Assembly (NCBI GenBank): GCA_050945495.1
Contig: JBMNTA010000005.1
Span: 19,290 to 83,289 of the forward strand
Direction: 5' to 3'
Origin: Saccharofermentanales bacterium
Lineage (GTDB): Bacteria > Bacillota > Clostridia > Saccharofermentanales > DTU023
Length of the DNA: 64,000 nt
A program made the position numbers and the translations under genes. Position 1 is the stretch's first letter. Every line of letters starts with the position of its first letter. A model generated the notes under the pieces. The model saw only the letters and a list, made by a program, of their open reading frames with translations. It did not search any database and was not told the DNA's origin. Shown here one piece after another: positions 19,463 to 28,862 of this stretch.

Positions 19463-21010
19463 CTAGAGCGGCATGTTACCGTGTTTCTTCGCCGGAAGCC
19501 CCGCACGTTTCGTGCGCAGCGTCTCAAACGAAGAGATCAGGCGCTGACGCGTCTCCTCGGGCACGATGACGTCGTCCAGGTAGCCGCGCGATGCCGCATA
19601 GTACGGGTTCATCATGGCCTCCTGGTAATCGGCGATGCGCTCTTGGCGCTTGGCCGCGGGATCTTCGGCGTTGCGAATCTCACGCGAGAAGATGATGTTC
19701 GCCGCACCCTCGGCCCCCATGACCGCGATCTCCGCCTCGGGCCAACCGAGGACGATGTCGCCGCCCAAATGCTTGGAGCACATCCCAATGTACGCGCCGC
19801 CGTAGGCTTTGCGCACAATCAAGGTCACCTTCGGCACGGTCGCTTCGCTGTAAGCGAAGAGCATTTTCGCGCCGTGGCGGATGATGCCGCCGTACTCCTG
19901 TTGCGTGCCGGGCAGGAAGCCGGGCACGTCGACCAGCGTCAGCAACGGAATGTTGAACGCGTCGCACGTGCGAATGAAGCGCGAGGCCTTGTCGGACGCA
20001 TTGATGTCGAGGCAACCGGCCATGGCGCGCGGTTGGTTCGCAATGACGCCGATGCTCTGGCCGTTCAGGCGCATGAAGCCCGTGAGGATGTTGGGCGCGT
20101 ACAGCTCCTGAACCTCGAAGAAGTCGCCGCCGTCGGCGATGGCGTAAATCAAATCGCGCATGTCGTACGGCTTGCTCGGGTCTTCGGGAATCAGTTCGTT
20201 CAAGTCCTCCAACAGCGCGTTGGGGTCTTCCGCCGGCTCATAGACTTCGGGCTTTTCGCGGTTGTTTTGCGGCAAATAGCTCAAGAGCTTGCGGATTTGT
20301 TCCAGACACGCCGCTTCATCGGGCGCGCGGAAATGCGCGACGCCGCTCGTCTGGTTGTGCGTGTAGGAACCGCCCAATGCCTGGGCCGAAACTTCTTCGC
20401 CCGTGACCGCACGGATGACGTTTGGTCCGGTGATGAACATTTCGCTGGTGTCGTCGACCATGAAGATGAAGTCCATCAGGGCCGGCGAATAGACGGCGCC
20501 GCCGGCGCACGGTCCCATGATCACGGAGATCTGGGGGATGACGCCCGACGCCATCGTGTTGTTGTAGAAAATACGGCCGTAACCCGCGAGGGAGTCGACG
20601 CCCTCTTGGATGCGGGCGCCGCCCGAGTCGTTGATGCAGATCATCGGGCAACCGAGTTTCAGGGCCAAATTCTGTGTCGCGACGATTTTGTCCGCGTGCA
20701 TCTCGCCGAGCGAGCCGCCGACCACGGTGAAGTCCTGCGCCGAAACGCACACCGTGCGACCGTCGATCGTGCCGTAACCGGTCACGACGCCGTCGCCCGG
20801 CGCCTCTTTCGTGTCCATCCCGAACTGGGTGGAACGATGTTTGACGAACCCACCCGTCTCGACAAAGCTTTTGTCATCGAGCAATGCCTCGATGCGTTCG
20901 CGCGCCGTCATTTTGCCGCGCTCATGCTGGCGTTCGATGCGCCGCTCGCCGCCGCCCAACCGCAATTGGGCTTTGCGTTCGAGCAATTGTTCATGAATAT
21001 CCTTACGCAA
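19463..21010 (-). CDS. Acyl-CoA carboxyltransferase (methylmalonyl-CoA decarboxylase alpha, MmdA-like)
   Basis: GKMTARERI, DSGGARIQEG, GPCAGGAVYSPA, DVPGFLPG, KKHGNMPL. Confidence 0.93.
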   Translation of the reverse strand: MRKDIHEQLLERKAQLRLGGGERRIERQHERGKMTARERIEALLDDKSFVETGGFVKHRSTQFGMDTKEAPGDGVVTGYGTIDGRTVCVSAQDFTVVGGSLGEMHADKIVATQNLALKLGCPMICINDSGGARIQEGVDSLAGYGRIFYNNTMASGVIPQISVIMGPCAGGAVYSPALMDFIFMVDDTSEMFITGPNVIRAVTGEEVSAQALGGSYTHNQTSGVAHFRAPDEAACLEQIRKLLSYLPQNNREKPEVYEPAEDPNALLEDLNELIPEDPSKPYDMRDLIYAIADGGDFFEVQELYAPNILTGFMRLNGQSIGVIANQPRAMAGCLDINASDKASRFIRTCDAFNIPLLTLVDVPGFLPGTQQEYGGIIRHGAKMLFAYSEATVPKVTLIVRKAYGGAYIGMCSKHLGGDIVLGWPEAEIAVMGAEGAANIIFSREIRNAEDPAAKRQERIADYQEAMMNPYYAASRGYLDDVIVPEETRQRLISSFETLRTKRAGLPAKKHGNMPL

Positions 21011-21030
21011 AGGTCTGTCCTCCTTCTCGA

Positions 21031-22665
21031 TTACTTACGGAAACTTTCGGGAATCTCGTACAAGCCGCCGGAGATCTCGACAAGTTCGTCGAGCGATTGA
21101 ACCGCCAAACGATCGTGCGTGGCCGTCGCGGGATCGATGCCGAGATCTTCGGGCAACGCGACCTTGCCGGCCTTACGCAGCTGTTCGAGTTTCGCCTTGT
21201 TGGTGTATTCGCCGATCGGCGTGTCTTGCGCGACCGCGCCGAGGATTTGTGTCTTCTCTTCGTCGCTTTCGGCCATGTACAGGTACGCGATGCCTTGCTC
21301 CGTCACCACGTGCGTGACGTCTTCGCTGTAGATCATGATCGGCGGCGCGTCCAATCCCGCGTCGCGACCGATCTTGATGGCATCGAGTTCCGGTTTGATG
21401 TTGTAGCCGTAGCGGCCTTGGCTGCGCAGCATTTGAACGACCAGTTTCTTGCCGGGGATCAACGAACGTCCCGTGGTCGAACGCGTGCTGAGGTACGCGG
21501 GCGTCGTGTGACGACGGCCCAAGGTGTTGTGCCCCATGTTCGGCGCACCGCCGAAGCCGGAGAGGCGTCCGCTCGTGACGGTCGACGAGTTGCCGAGGTA
21601 GTCAAGCTGCAGCGTGCCGCCCAAGAACAGGTCGATGCCGTAGAGGCCGGCGAGCTGCGCATAGGCGCGGTTGGAGCGGAGCGACCCATCCGATCCTATC
21701 GTGAAGATGTCCGGACGTGCTTCCGTGTAACGCTGCATGCCGGTTTCGCCGCCGAACGCGTAGATCGAATCGACCCAGCCGTGTTCGATCGCGGGGATCA
21801 TCGTGGGATGCGGGTTCAACACCCAGTGACGACAGATCTTGCCCTTGAGTCCCAGCTCTTCGCCGTACGTGGGCAGCAAGAGCTCAATGGCCGCGGCATT
21901 GTAGCCGATGCCGTGGTTCAAGGTCGTGACGCCGTGCTTCGCGTAAATGCCCTTGATGGTCATCATGCCCATCAAGATATGGTGATCGCGGATCTTCTTC
22001 GGATCGCGCGTAAAGAGCGCTTCCATCGGGTACGGTTCGTCGGCCTTGACGATCAAGTCGATCCAACCGCCGGGGATGTCGACGCGCGGGAGCTCCTCCG
22101 TCGGCACGATCTCGTTCACTTGCGCGATGACGATGCCGTCCTTGAAGGCCGCCGATTCGACGATGATCGGCGTCTCTTCCGTGCTGAAGCCCGTGTAGAG
22201 GTTGCCGTCCGCGTCGGCTTTGTCGGCCGCCACGAGGCACACGTCCGGGATCAAGTCCACAAACAGCCGTGCGTACAGCTCCAAATACGTGTGGATGGAA
22301 CCGATCTTCAATTTGTGTTCTTCGAGCATCTTCGACAGGCGAACGCTCTGCACGCCCGCGAAGGCGAAGTTGATTTCTTCCGCAATGCCCTTTTCAAAAA
22401 TATCCAAATGCGCATCGCGGGAAATCGACGGAATGATCATCGTCAATCCGTTGATCTTTTGAGGATCGACCTCGGCCAGAGCACTCGACAAAAACGTCGC
22501 TTGTTTCTGGTTGTCGCCCTCAAGCACCACCCGATCGTTCGGTTGCAAAATCGCCTCCAACGCCGGCACGATCGACGCGGTCTCGATGACCTTGCCGTCG
22601 ACCCAAGACGCCGCGCGTTCCAAACGTTTCGCTTTTCGATCACGCCTACCTTGCCAATTCATCAT
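21031..22665 (-). CDS. mdcA: Malonate decarboxylase alpha subunit (ACP/CoA transferase)
   Basis: LEGDNQKQA, IHTYLELYARLF, LNPHPT, GFGGAPNMG, DVTHVVTEQGIAYL; start at 22665 behind AAGGAGG. Confidence 0.92.
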   Translation of the reverse strand: MMNWQGRRDRKAKRLERAASWVDGKVIETASIVPALEAILQPNDRVVLEGDNQKQATFLSSALAEVDPQKINGLTMIIPSISRDAHLDIFEKGIAEEINFAFAGVQSVRLSKMLEEHKLKIGSIHTYLELYARLFVDLIPDVCLVAADKADADGNLYTGFSTEETPIIVESAAFKDGIVIAQVNEIVPTEELPRVDIPGGWIDLIVKADEPYPMEALFTRDPKKIRDHHILMGMMTIKGIYAKHGVTTLNHGIGYNAAAIELLLPTYGEELGLKGKICRHWVLNPHPTMIPAIEHGWVDSIYAFGGETGMQRYTEARPDIFTIGSDGSLRSNRAYAQLAGLYGIDLFLGGTLQLDYLGNSSTVTSGRLSGFGGAPNMGHNTLGRRHTTPAYLSTRSTTGRSLIPGKKLVVQMLRSQGRYGYNIKPELDAIKIGRDAGLDAPPIMIYSEDVTHVVTEQGIAYLYMAESDEEKTQILGAVAQDTPIGEYTNKAKLEQLRKAGKVALPEDLGIDPATATHDRLAVQSLDELVEISGGLYEIPESFRK

Positions 22666-22770
22666 GTATCCTCCTTGCAATGGTGTGAAAAACACGGCCA
22701 AAGGCCGCTGTTTCAGTGTATCCGACTACTTTAAAGCTATCACTCAAGCGCCTAAAACGTCAATTATTAA

Positions 22771-22802
22771 ATGGGCTATAGCCCATAACAAAAATGTTAT
22801 GG
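22771..22802. promoter_or_regulatory. Overlapping inverted repeats upstream of mdcA (candidate operator)
   Basis: ATGGGCTATAGCCCAT (22771-22786) and CCATAACA-AAAA-TGTTATGG (22783-22802). Confidence 0.55.
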
Positions 22803-22850
22803 CAAAGCGGCCTCGCAAGCGCCGCGTCGAGTGTATATACTGGGGATATC

Positions 22851-23240
22851 ATGTTGACGTTGGATGAGACACAACGCGCGTTGGAAACGCTCGTCGAGCG
22901 CCTGCCCGAGGCCATTTTTTACGAGCTCAACGGCGGCGTCCTTTTAAAGGAGGACGTGCGTCTCAGCCCGCACCGCGTGCAAGATGATTTATTCGTTCTG
23001 GGTGAATATTATCGCGATCCCGTGTTCGGGCGCTACGTCGTCATTTATTACGGATCCATGCGCCGCGTGTTCGGGCATCTGCCCCGTGACCGATTCATCG
23101 AGGAGCTCGACCGCGTGCTGAAACATGAGTTGACGCATCACTTGGAGGATCGGGCGGGCGACCGCGATCTGGAGATCGAGGATGCGCGACAACTCCTCCA
23201 CTATTATGCGCGTCATGCGCCGTCGGAGGCGGAATCGTAA
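22851..23240 (+). CDS. Minimal zincin-like metallopeptidase
   Basis: HELTH (HExxH) motif in a 129-aa protein. Confidence 0.75.
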   Translation: MLTLDETQRALETLVERLPEAIFYELNGGVLLKEDVRLSPHRVQDDLFVLGEYYRDPVFGRYVVIYYGSMRRVFGHLPRDRFIEELDRVLKHELTHHLEDRAGDRDLEIEDARQLLHYYARHAPSEAES

Positions 23241-23246
23241 AGGGCG

Positions 23247-24260
23247 TTAACGTCGTTCCGATGCCCGTCGGATGAACGCGTGCTTGCGCGCGGGGTACTC
23301 GTCGCCCGCGACCGCCACGGCCAAGACGTGCTTCGCGCCGTCGACGAGCCACAGCTCTTTCGGATCGGCGCTCGACGCCTCGTACAAGGCGATCCCCATG
23401 TCGGTCGGCACGAAGTCATCCTTCTTGCCGTGAATGATCATCGTCGGCACCGAGGCGTGTCGCACTTGGTCGAGCGGTGTCGCATCGCTCAGCCGATAGC
23501 CCATCACCGTGCGGAAGAACAGCATCGTGAAGAACAGCGCCGGCGTTCGGATCCAGGGCTTCATGGTGCGCGTCAGCCACTTGCCTTCATCGATGTACGA
23601 GGTGTAAGGACTGTCGGCGATGACGGCCGCCACGTCCCGGGGCAAATCCGCGTCGCCGCTCATCTGCAAGACGGTCGCGGCCCCCATCGAGTAGCCGTCC
23701 AGGACAAAGAAGTCGATCGTCGGATCGAGTGCGCGAATCTGTTCCATCCACGCGTAGAAATCACGGCGGTGCAATCCGCCCAAGTCGATCCGCGGCCCCT
23801 CACTCGGCGCATGACCGCGACAGACGGGCACAAACGCCGCGCATCCGGCATCGAGGTACGTCAGGGCGTCGACGGACCGCTGACGCCGTGTATCGCGCCA
23901 GCCGTGCGCGAGCACCGCGCAGCCGCCGAGCAACGGCCGGTCCTCCGCCCGTTCGGCGTCCGACAACGGGAAATAATACCCGATCATCTTGATGCCGTCG
24001 CGCTCGATTTCCACGACGTCGTGCGGCCGGCGGAACAGCGCCTGCCGCTTTTGTTCGATCGTTTCGTACCACGCCAATTCTTCTTCAGGCACCTGCGTCG
24101 CGTCGAGTTCCATCGTCTTTTCGATGCGTTTCGACGCGAAGCGGAACACGTTCCACCCCATCACGATAATGAAGGTGAGATAGCCCAAGACGACGGCGAT
24201 CACGGCGATGATCAAGAGTTTGACACCGATCGAAAGCAACATGACGGGAATCATCCCCAC
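23247..24260 (-). CDS. Membrane-anchored alpha/beta hydrolase
   Basis: N-terminal TM, HGW, GYSMG nucleophile elbow, IHGKKDDFVP, GAKH. Confidence 0.88.
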   Translation of the reverse strand: MGMIPVMLLSIGVKLLIIAVIAVVLGYLTFIIVMGWNVFRFASKRIEKTMELDATQVPEEELAWYETIEQKRQALFRRPHDVVEIERDGIKMIGYYFPLSDAERAEDRPLLGGCAVLAHGWRDTRRQRSVDALTYLDAGCAAFVPVCRGHAPSEGPRIDLGGLHRRDFYAWMEQIRALDPTIDFFVLDGYSMGAATVLQMSGDADLPRDVAAVIADSPYTSYIDEGKWLTRTMKPWIRTPALFFTMLFFRTVMGYRLSDATPLDQVRHASVPTMIIHGKKDDFVPTDMGIALYEASSADPKELWLVDGAKHVLAVAVAGDEYPARKHAFIRRASERR

Positions 24261-24275
24261 GGCCTCCTTCTCTCG

Positions 24276-25676
24276 TTAATGCTCGGTCTGCGGTTCGGTG
24301 AACCATTTACCACGTTTGTAGAGCCAGAGCGCGAATAAATCAATGATGATGTTGGATGCCAGCATGGAGACCCAGATGCCGTATTCGGCAAGCCCCGTGA
24401 AGCGCTTAAACAGGTAGATCATGGGCAGGCGGATCCCCCAGAGCCGCAAGACCGACATGTAGGCCGCGTACCTCGGATAACCGGCGCCGCTGAAAATGCC
24501 CGTAAATGCTCCGAAGTAACCCATGAACGGCGTCATCACGACGTTGAAGAACATGTAGTCGATCGCCATGCGCCAGACCTCGTCCGCCATGGCCCCCTGC
24601 TCCCGAATGAACACCGACAAAATGGGATAGCGGACAAACCACAAGATGAGTCCGCCGATGATCGACATCCCCAGGACGACACGGAACCCCGCGCGATTGA
24701 ATTTCTTCACGCGGTCGAATTGTTTGGCGCCCATGTTCTGACCGACGATGGGGGTCAACGCGCCGCCGATCGCCGACAGCGGTTGCATGACGAACCCGCC
24801 GATGCGGTTCACGGCCGCAAAGGCCGCAATCGTCGCGTCCCCGAACGCCGCGATGACGGAGTTGAGCAACGTAAAGCCCAAAGCCGCGCTCCCCTGCCCG
24901 AGGGCCGTCGGCAGGCCCATGCGAACCAACTCGCCGAACTGTTTCCACGTCAATTTGACGCCGACGATGCGTAAGCGAATTTCATTGTGTTGCGATCGGA
25001 TGGCGATCGCGCCGAACACGACGCGCATCACCTGCGACAGCACCGTCGCCCACGCGGCGCCCGCGATGCCCCAGCCGAGCCCGGGCACATTTAAAAGCGG
25101 CACCCGCTCAAAAATAAAGAACGGGTCCAAAATGACGTTTAAGACGGCCGATGAAGCACTGATCACGGTCGAGACTTTGGTCTTCCCCTGCGCCGACAAG
25201 ATGGCGTAAAACGAGAAATAAAACATCTCGAAAAACAGGCCGATCATCATGATCCGCAAGTAGGTGGTCGAGTGGACGAGCAATTCACCTTCGGCCCCCA
25301 TCCAGCGCACGATGTCGCCCGCCAAGAGGGTGCCGAACACCGAAAAGAGCACGCCGAAAAACAAACAGAAGTAGAAGACATGCGTCGCGTAGGATTCGGC
25401 GCGCTCACGATCGCCGCCGCCGATCAACTGCGCCATGATCGCCGTGCCGGCGATCGCGATGCCGATGCCCAAGGATACAAACAGGTAATGCGGCGGCCAC
25501 ACGAAGCTCGTCGCCGAAAATTCCACGAGCGACAATTGCGCGACCCACAGCCCGTCCGCCAAGTTGTAAAACGAGTTGATCAAGTTATTGATCATCAGCG
25601 GAATCGAGACAGCAAAGAGGACCCGATAGACGGGTCCGTCCAAAATATGTTGTTTACCTAATTTTTCTTGAGCCAA
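24276..25676 (-). CDS. MATE family efflux transporter
   Basis: FYNLADGLWV, LNVILDPFFI, GIAGAAWAT, VGQNMGA. Confidence 0.92.
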   Translation of the reverse strand: MAQEKLGKQHILDGPVYRVLFAVSIPLMINNLINSFYNLADGLWVAQLSLVEFSATSFVWPPHYLFVSLGIGIAIAGTAIMAQLIGGGDRERAESYATHVFYFCLFFGVLFSVFGTLLAGDIVRWMGAEGELLVHSTTYLRIMMIGLFFEMFYFSFYAILSAQGKTKVSTVISASSAVLNVILDPFFIFERVPLLNVPGLGWGIAGAAWATVLSQVMRVVFGAIAIRSQHNEIRLRIVGVKLTWKQFGELVRMGLPTALGQGSAALGFTLLNSVIAAFGDATIAAFAAVNRIGGFVMQPLSAIGGALTPIVGQNMGAKQFDRVKKFNRAGFRVVLGMSIIGGLILWFVRYPILSVFIREQGAMADEVWRMAIDYMFFNVVMTPFMGYFGAFTGIFSGAGYPRYAAYMSVLRLWGIRLPMIYLFKRFTGLAEYGIWVSMLASNIIIDLFALWLYKRGKWFTEPQTEH

Positions 25677-25828
25677 AACAATCTCCCACGGCGGGGCGCT
25701 CCGAAGATCACGAAGCCGTCCACCCCTTATGATGCCACATAAAAAGAAGCGCTCATAGGATTATAGCAGAATCCCGGAGCGCTTGTCGTGTGCTTTGACG
25801 GGTGACCGACCGGTCAGCAGGGCCCCCC

Positions 25829-26023
25829 TCAGGTCCAGAGGCCGAAATGGCGCAATAAAACGGCGACCACGATGATCGCGATCAAGCCCACGATGTACCA
25901 GATCGTCTCGGCGCGATTTTCTTTGTGATGCGCGCAGCCCTTGCACCCCATCATGTCATCGCGTGCGTCGCACGGATCGTCTCGATGGCGCACATCGTCT
26001 TTGTGATCGTTGGGATCGGCCAT
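25829..26023 (-). CDS. Small membrane protein with Cys/His/Asp-rich N-terminus
   Basis: RBS AAGGAGG; CKGC motif; single C-terminal TM helix. Confidence 0.6.
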   Translation of the reverse strand: MADPNDHKDDVRHRDDPCDARDDMMGCKGCAHHKENRAETIWYIVGLIAIIVVAVLLRHFGLWT

Positions 26024-26298
26024 GGCACCGCCCTCCTTTTCAATGTGATGCCATCATACCACGCGCCCCGACGATCGGTCGTTTCGTACGCGCCCCGTGA
26101 TCCATGTCGCATTTGTTCATACTTTGTTAGCGATTGGCACCCACCTTTGATGTACAATAATCGTGTGGGTTGAAACGCGTCGTTCGACGACGCGCCGTTC
26201 GGTTGTCTCACGTGCATCGGCCACGTCTTCGGAGGGACCGTCACCCGCAAACCTTGAAGGTCGCCTCTGGTCGCGACCCGGACATAACGGAGGACACC

Positions 26299-26823
26299 AT
26301 GATCGGTAAGCACATCGGCCCGTATCTATTGGAGGGCGACGACCCTTTGATGATCGAATCAGAACGTTGCGCAACCGTCCGAACAGAAAACACCCTGATG
26401 CACGCCATGTTGCTGTTATCCAGCGTCGGGTTTTCTTCCGTCCCCGTCCTCAACGCCGACGCCCGACTGGCCGGCACCGTGAGCATGCCGCAGATCATCA
26501 ACGGCGTCCTCGACGATGAAAATTACAACTGGGAACATCTGGACGTCAAAAAAGTCAAAGACGTGATGGCGACGGATGTGCCGACCGTCTTTGACGATTC
26601 GCCGCTCGAAGACATCCTGCACCTTTTGGTCGACGCGAATTACCTCTGCGTCACCGATCATGACGGCGGATTTCGGGGCATCATCGCCCGTAAACAGATC
26701 CTGAAACGCGTGAACCGTCTGGCCCACGATTTCGAGATCGACTACCTCGTCAAGGCGCGCCCCGAACGCTCCCTCGAGATGCAAAAGGACATGCCGTCCA
26801 CGCATGCGTCGACGCCCCACTGA
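26299..26823 (+). CDS. Tandem CBS-domain protein (CbpB/DarB/YkuL-like)
   Basis: HAMLLLSSVGFSSVPVL, LHLLVDANYLCV, GIIARKQILKR; RBS GGAGG. Confidence 0.8.
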   Translation: MIGKHIGPYLLEGDDPLMIESERCATVRTENTLMHAMLLLSSVGFSSVPVLNADARLAGTVSMPQIINGVLDDENYNWEHLDVKKVKDVMATDVPTVFDDSPLEDILHLLVDANYLCVTDHDGGFRGIIARKQILKRVNRLAHDFEIDYLVKARPERSLEMQKDMPSTHASTPH

Positions 26824-26854
26824 CGTCACCCATAACTAGATGCTTTCTTATAAC

Positions 26855-26888
26855 AAAGGGACCGCCTCGCATGAGACGGTCCCTTTTC
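26855..26888. terminator. Bidirectional terminator between CBS gene and rplL
   Basis: AAAGGGACCG...CGGTCCCTTTT. Confidence 0.85.
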
Positions 26889-26912
26889 TGTCTGAGAAAG
26901 GAAGGGATCGGG

Positions 26913-27296
26913 TTATTCGATTTCGACTTCCGCGCCCGCTTCTTCGAGCTTCTTCTTGATGTCTTCCGCCTCTTCGCGGCTGGCCTTTTCTTTGACCGGC
27001 TTCGGGGCTTCGTCGACGAGACCTTTCGCCTCTTTCAGGCCGAGGCCCGTGATCTCGCGGACGGCCTTGATGACGGCGATCTTCGCCTGACCGGCGTTCT
27101 TCAAAATGACGTCGAATTCCGTCTTTTCGGCTTCGTCGTCGCCACCCGCGGCGCCACCGGCGGCCGGTGCGGCAACCGCCATCGCGGCGGCGGACACGCC
27201 AAATTCGTCTTCCATCAATTTAACGAGATCGTTCAGTTCGAGAATCGTCAAACCTTTAATGTCTTCCAAAATGCCGTTGATTTTTTCGTTATCCAT
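26913..27296 (-). CDS. rplL: 50S ribosomal protein L7/L12
   Basis: [24 protein letters not shown]. Confidence 0.98.
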   Translation of the reverse strand: MDNEKINGILEDIKGLTILELNDLVKLMEDEFGVSAAAMAVAAPAAGGAAGGDDEAEKTEFDVILKNAGQAKIAVIKAVREITGLGLKEAKGLVDEAPKPVKEKASREEAEDIKKKLEEAGAEVEIE

Positions 27297-27350
27297 GGGT
27301 TTTCCTCCTAATTGGCATCCAATGTTGAAATGAATCGTTCGTCGCTCCGA

Positions 27351-27980
27351 TTACGCGTCTTCGGCGGGAGCGTCTTCGTTCGTCTCCTCGGCGGGCGCGG
27401 CCTCTTCCGGAGCGTCCTCGGCGGGAGCGTCTTCTTCCGCGGCGGCTTCGCCGGCGGGAATGTCGGCCACGGTCTCAACGCCGGCTTCGGCGCCTTTATC
27501 GGCGGCCAGCTGCGCGACTTGGGCGAACGTGGTGAGCGGGTACAACATCAAGAATAAGAGTTTGCCGTACAGTTTCTCACGCGATTCGACATGAGACAGC
27601 GCCTGAATGTAGTCGAGTTCTTTGACTTCGCTGTTGACAATGCCGCCCTTGAGTTGAATTTTCTTGAATTTTTCGGAAAATTCACGGATCAGGCGGGGCG
27701 CCAACACGACGTCGTCGTTGCTGTACGCGATCGCCGTCGGACCCAAGAGCGTCTCTTCGAGCCCTTCGATGCCGAGCTTGTCAAATGCGCGCTCGGAAAT
27801 CGAGTTTTTGACGACGCGATACGTCAGACCTTGGCGACGGAATTCGGCACGCATTTCGGTGTCTTGCGCGACGGTCAAACCTTTGTAGTCGGCAAAGACG
27901 ATCGAAGCGGCGTCCTTGAGCTCGTTGGCCAAGTCGTCGACTTGTTGCTGTTTGCGTTGCAGTACCTTGTCACTGGGCAT
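27351..27980 (-). CDS. rplJ: 50S ribosomal protein L10 with acidic C-terminal extension
   Basis: ADYKGLTV, VVKN, GPTAIA; upstream of rplL. Confidence 0.95.
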   Translation of the reverse strand: MPSDKVLQRKQQQVDDLANELKDAASIVFADYKGLTVAQDTEMRAEFRRQGLTYRVVKNSISERAFDKLGIEGLEETLLGPTAIAYSNDDVVLAPRLIREFSEKFKKIQLKGGIVNSEVKELDYIQALSHVESREKLYGKLLFLMLYPLTTFAQVAQLAADKGAEAGVETVADIPAGEAAAEEDAPAEDAPEEAAPAEETNEDAPAEDA

Positions 27981-28004
27981 GCGACTTCCTCCTTGTGCTT
28001 AAAA

Positions 28005-28115
28005 TATCAACACCCCTTCGCAAGACGGCGGAGGGGCGTGCAAAAATTCATGACCTTCCGCCTCGGCAGGACAGCTTGACCTGGTTACGTTCGAAAACTC
28101 CGGCTTTCTTCGGCG
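28005..28115 (-). promoter_or_regulatory. L10 leader (autogenous regulatory RNA)
   Basis: Between rplA and rplJ; minus strand CCGAAGAAAGCCGG...CCTGCCGAGG resembles the L10-leader core. Confidence 0.65.
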
Positions 28116-28158
28116 TCGCGGGTTGATTCAATTGTCAATGCCCGTTCGGGCAAGCGCG

Positions 28159-28851
28159 TTACTTCGAGAGTTTCGGGTTCGTGCGAACGCCCGGACCCAT
28201 CGTGCTCGTCAAGGTGCAGCGCTGAATGTATTGGCCTTTGGCGGCCGCGGGTTTCGCGCGAATGACGGCGTCCAACAGGGCTTCAAAGTTGTCCTGCAAC
28301 TTTTCGGCACCGAACGACACTTTGCCGATCGCGCAGTGAATGATGTTCTGTTTCTCCAAACGATACTCGATCCGGCCGGCTTTCGCTTCTTCGACCGCAC
28401 GCGCGACGTCCATCGTCACCGTGCCCGATTTCGGGTTCGGCATAAGGCCGCGAGGGCCGAGGACGCGGCCGAGACGGCCGACGACACTCATCATGTCGGG
28501 GGTTGCGATGGCGACGTCAAAATCGAGCCATCCTTCGTTTTGGATCTTCTCCGCGAGGTCTTCGGCTCCGACGAAATCGGCGCCCGCTTCCTTCGCCTCT
28601 TCGGCGGCGGGGCCCTTCGCAAAGACGACGACCGTCACCGATTTACCGGTCCCGTGCGGGAGCACGACGGTGCCGCGAATTTGTTGGTCGGCGCGGCGCG
28701 AGTCCACGCCCATGCGCATGTGCACTTCGACCGTTTCGTCGAACTTGGCGTTGGCGCATTCGACGACGAGTTCCAACGCTTCGTCGGGCTCGTACGTCTT
28801 CATTTTGTCGACCTTTTGGGCGACGTCTCTGTAACGTTTACCGTGTTTCAT
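28159..28851 (-). CDS. rplA: 50S ribosomal protein L1
   Basis: [37 protein letters not shown]. Confidence 0.98.
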   Translation of the reverse strand: MKHGKRYRDVAQKVDKMKTYEPDEALELVVECANAKFDETVEVHMRMGVDSRRADQQIRGTVVLPHGTGKSVTVVVFAKGPAAEEAKEAGADFVGAEDLAEKIQNEGWLDFDVAIATPDMMSVVGRLGRVLGPRGLMPNPKSGTVTMDVARAVEEAKAGRIEYRLEKQNIIHCAIGKVSFGAEKLQDNFEALLDAVIRAKPAAAKGQYIQRCTLTSTMGPGVRTNPKLSK

Positions 28852-28862
28852 ATCCGTCCCCC

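Noticed and set aside
26160-26298. Possible c-di-AMP (ydaO) riboswitch before the CBS-domain gene
   Set aside because: Only a hairpin and GGAGGGACC are present; the other conserved ydaO elements could not be found by eye
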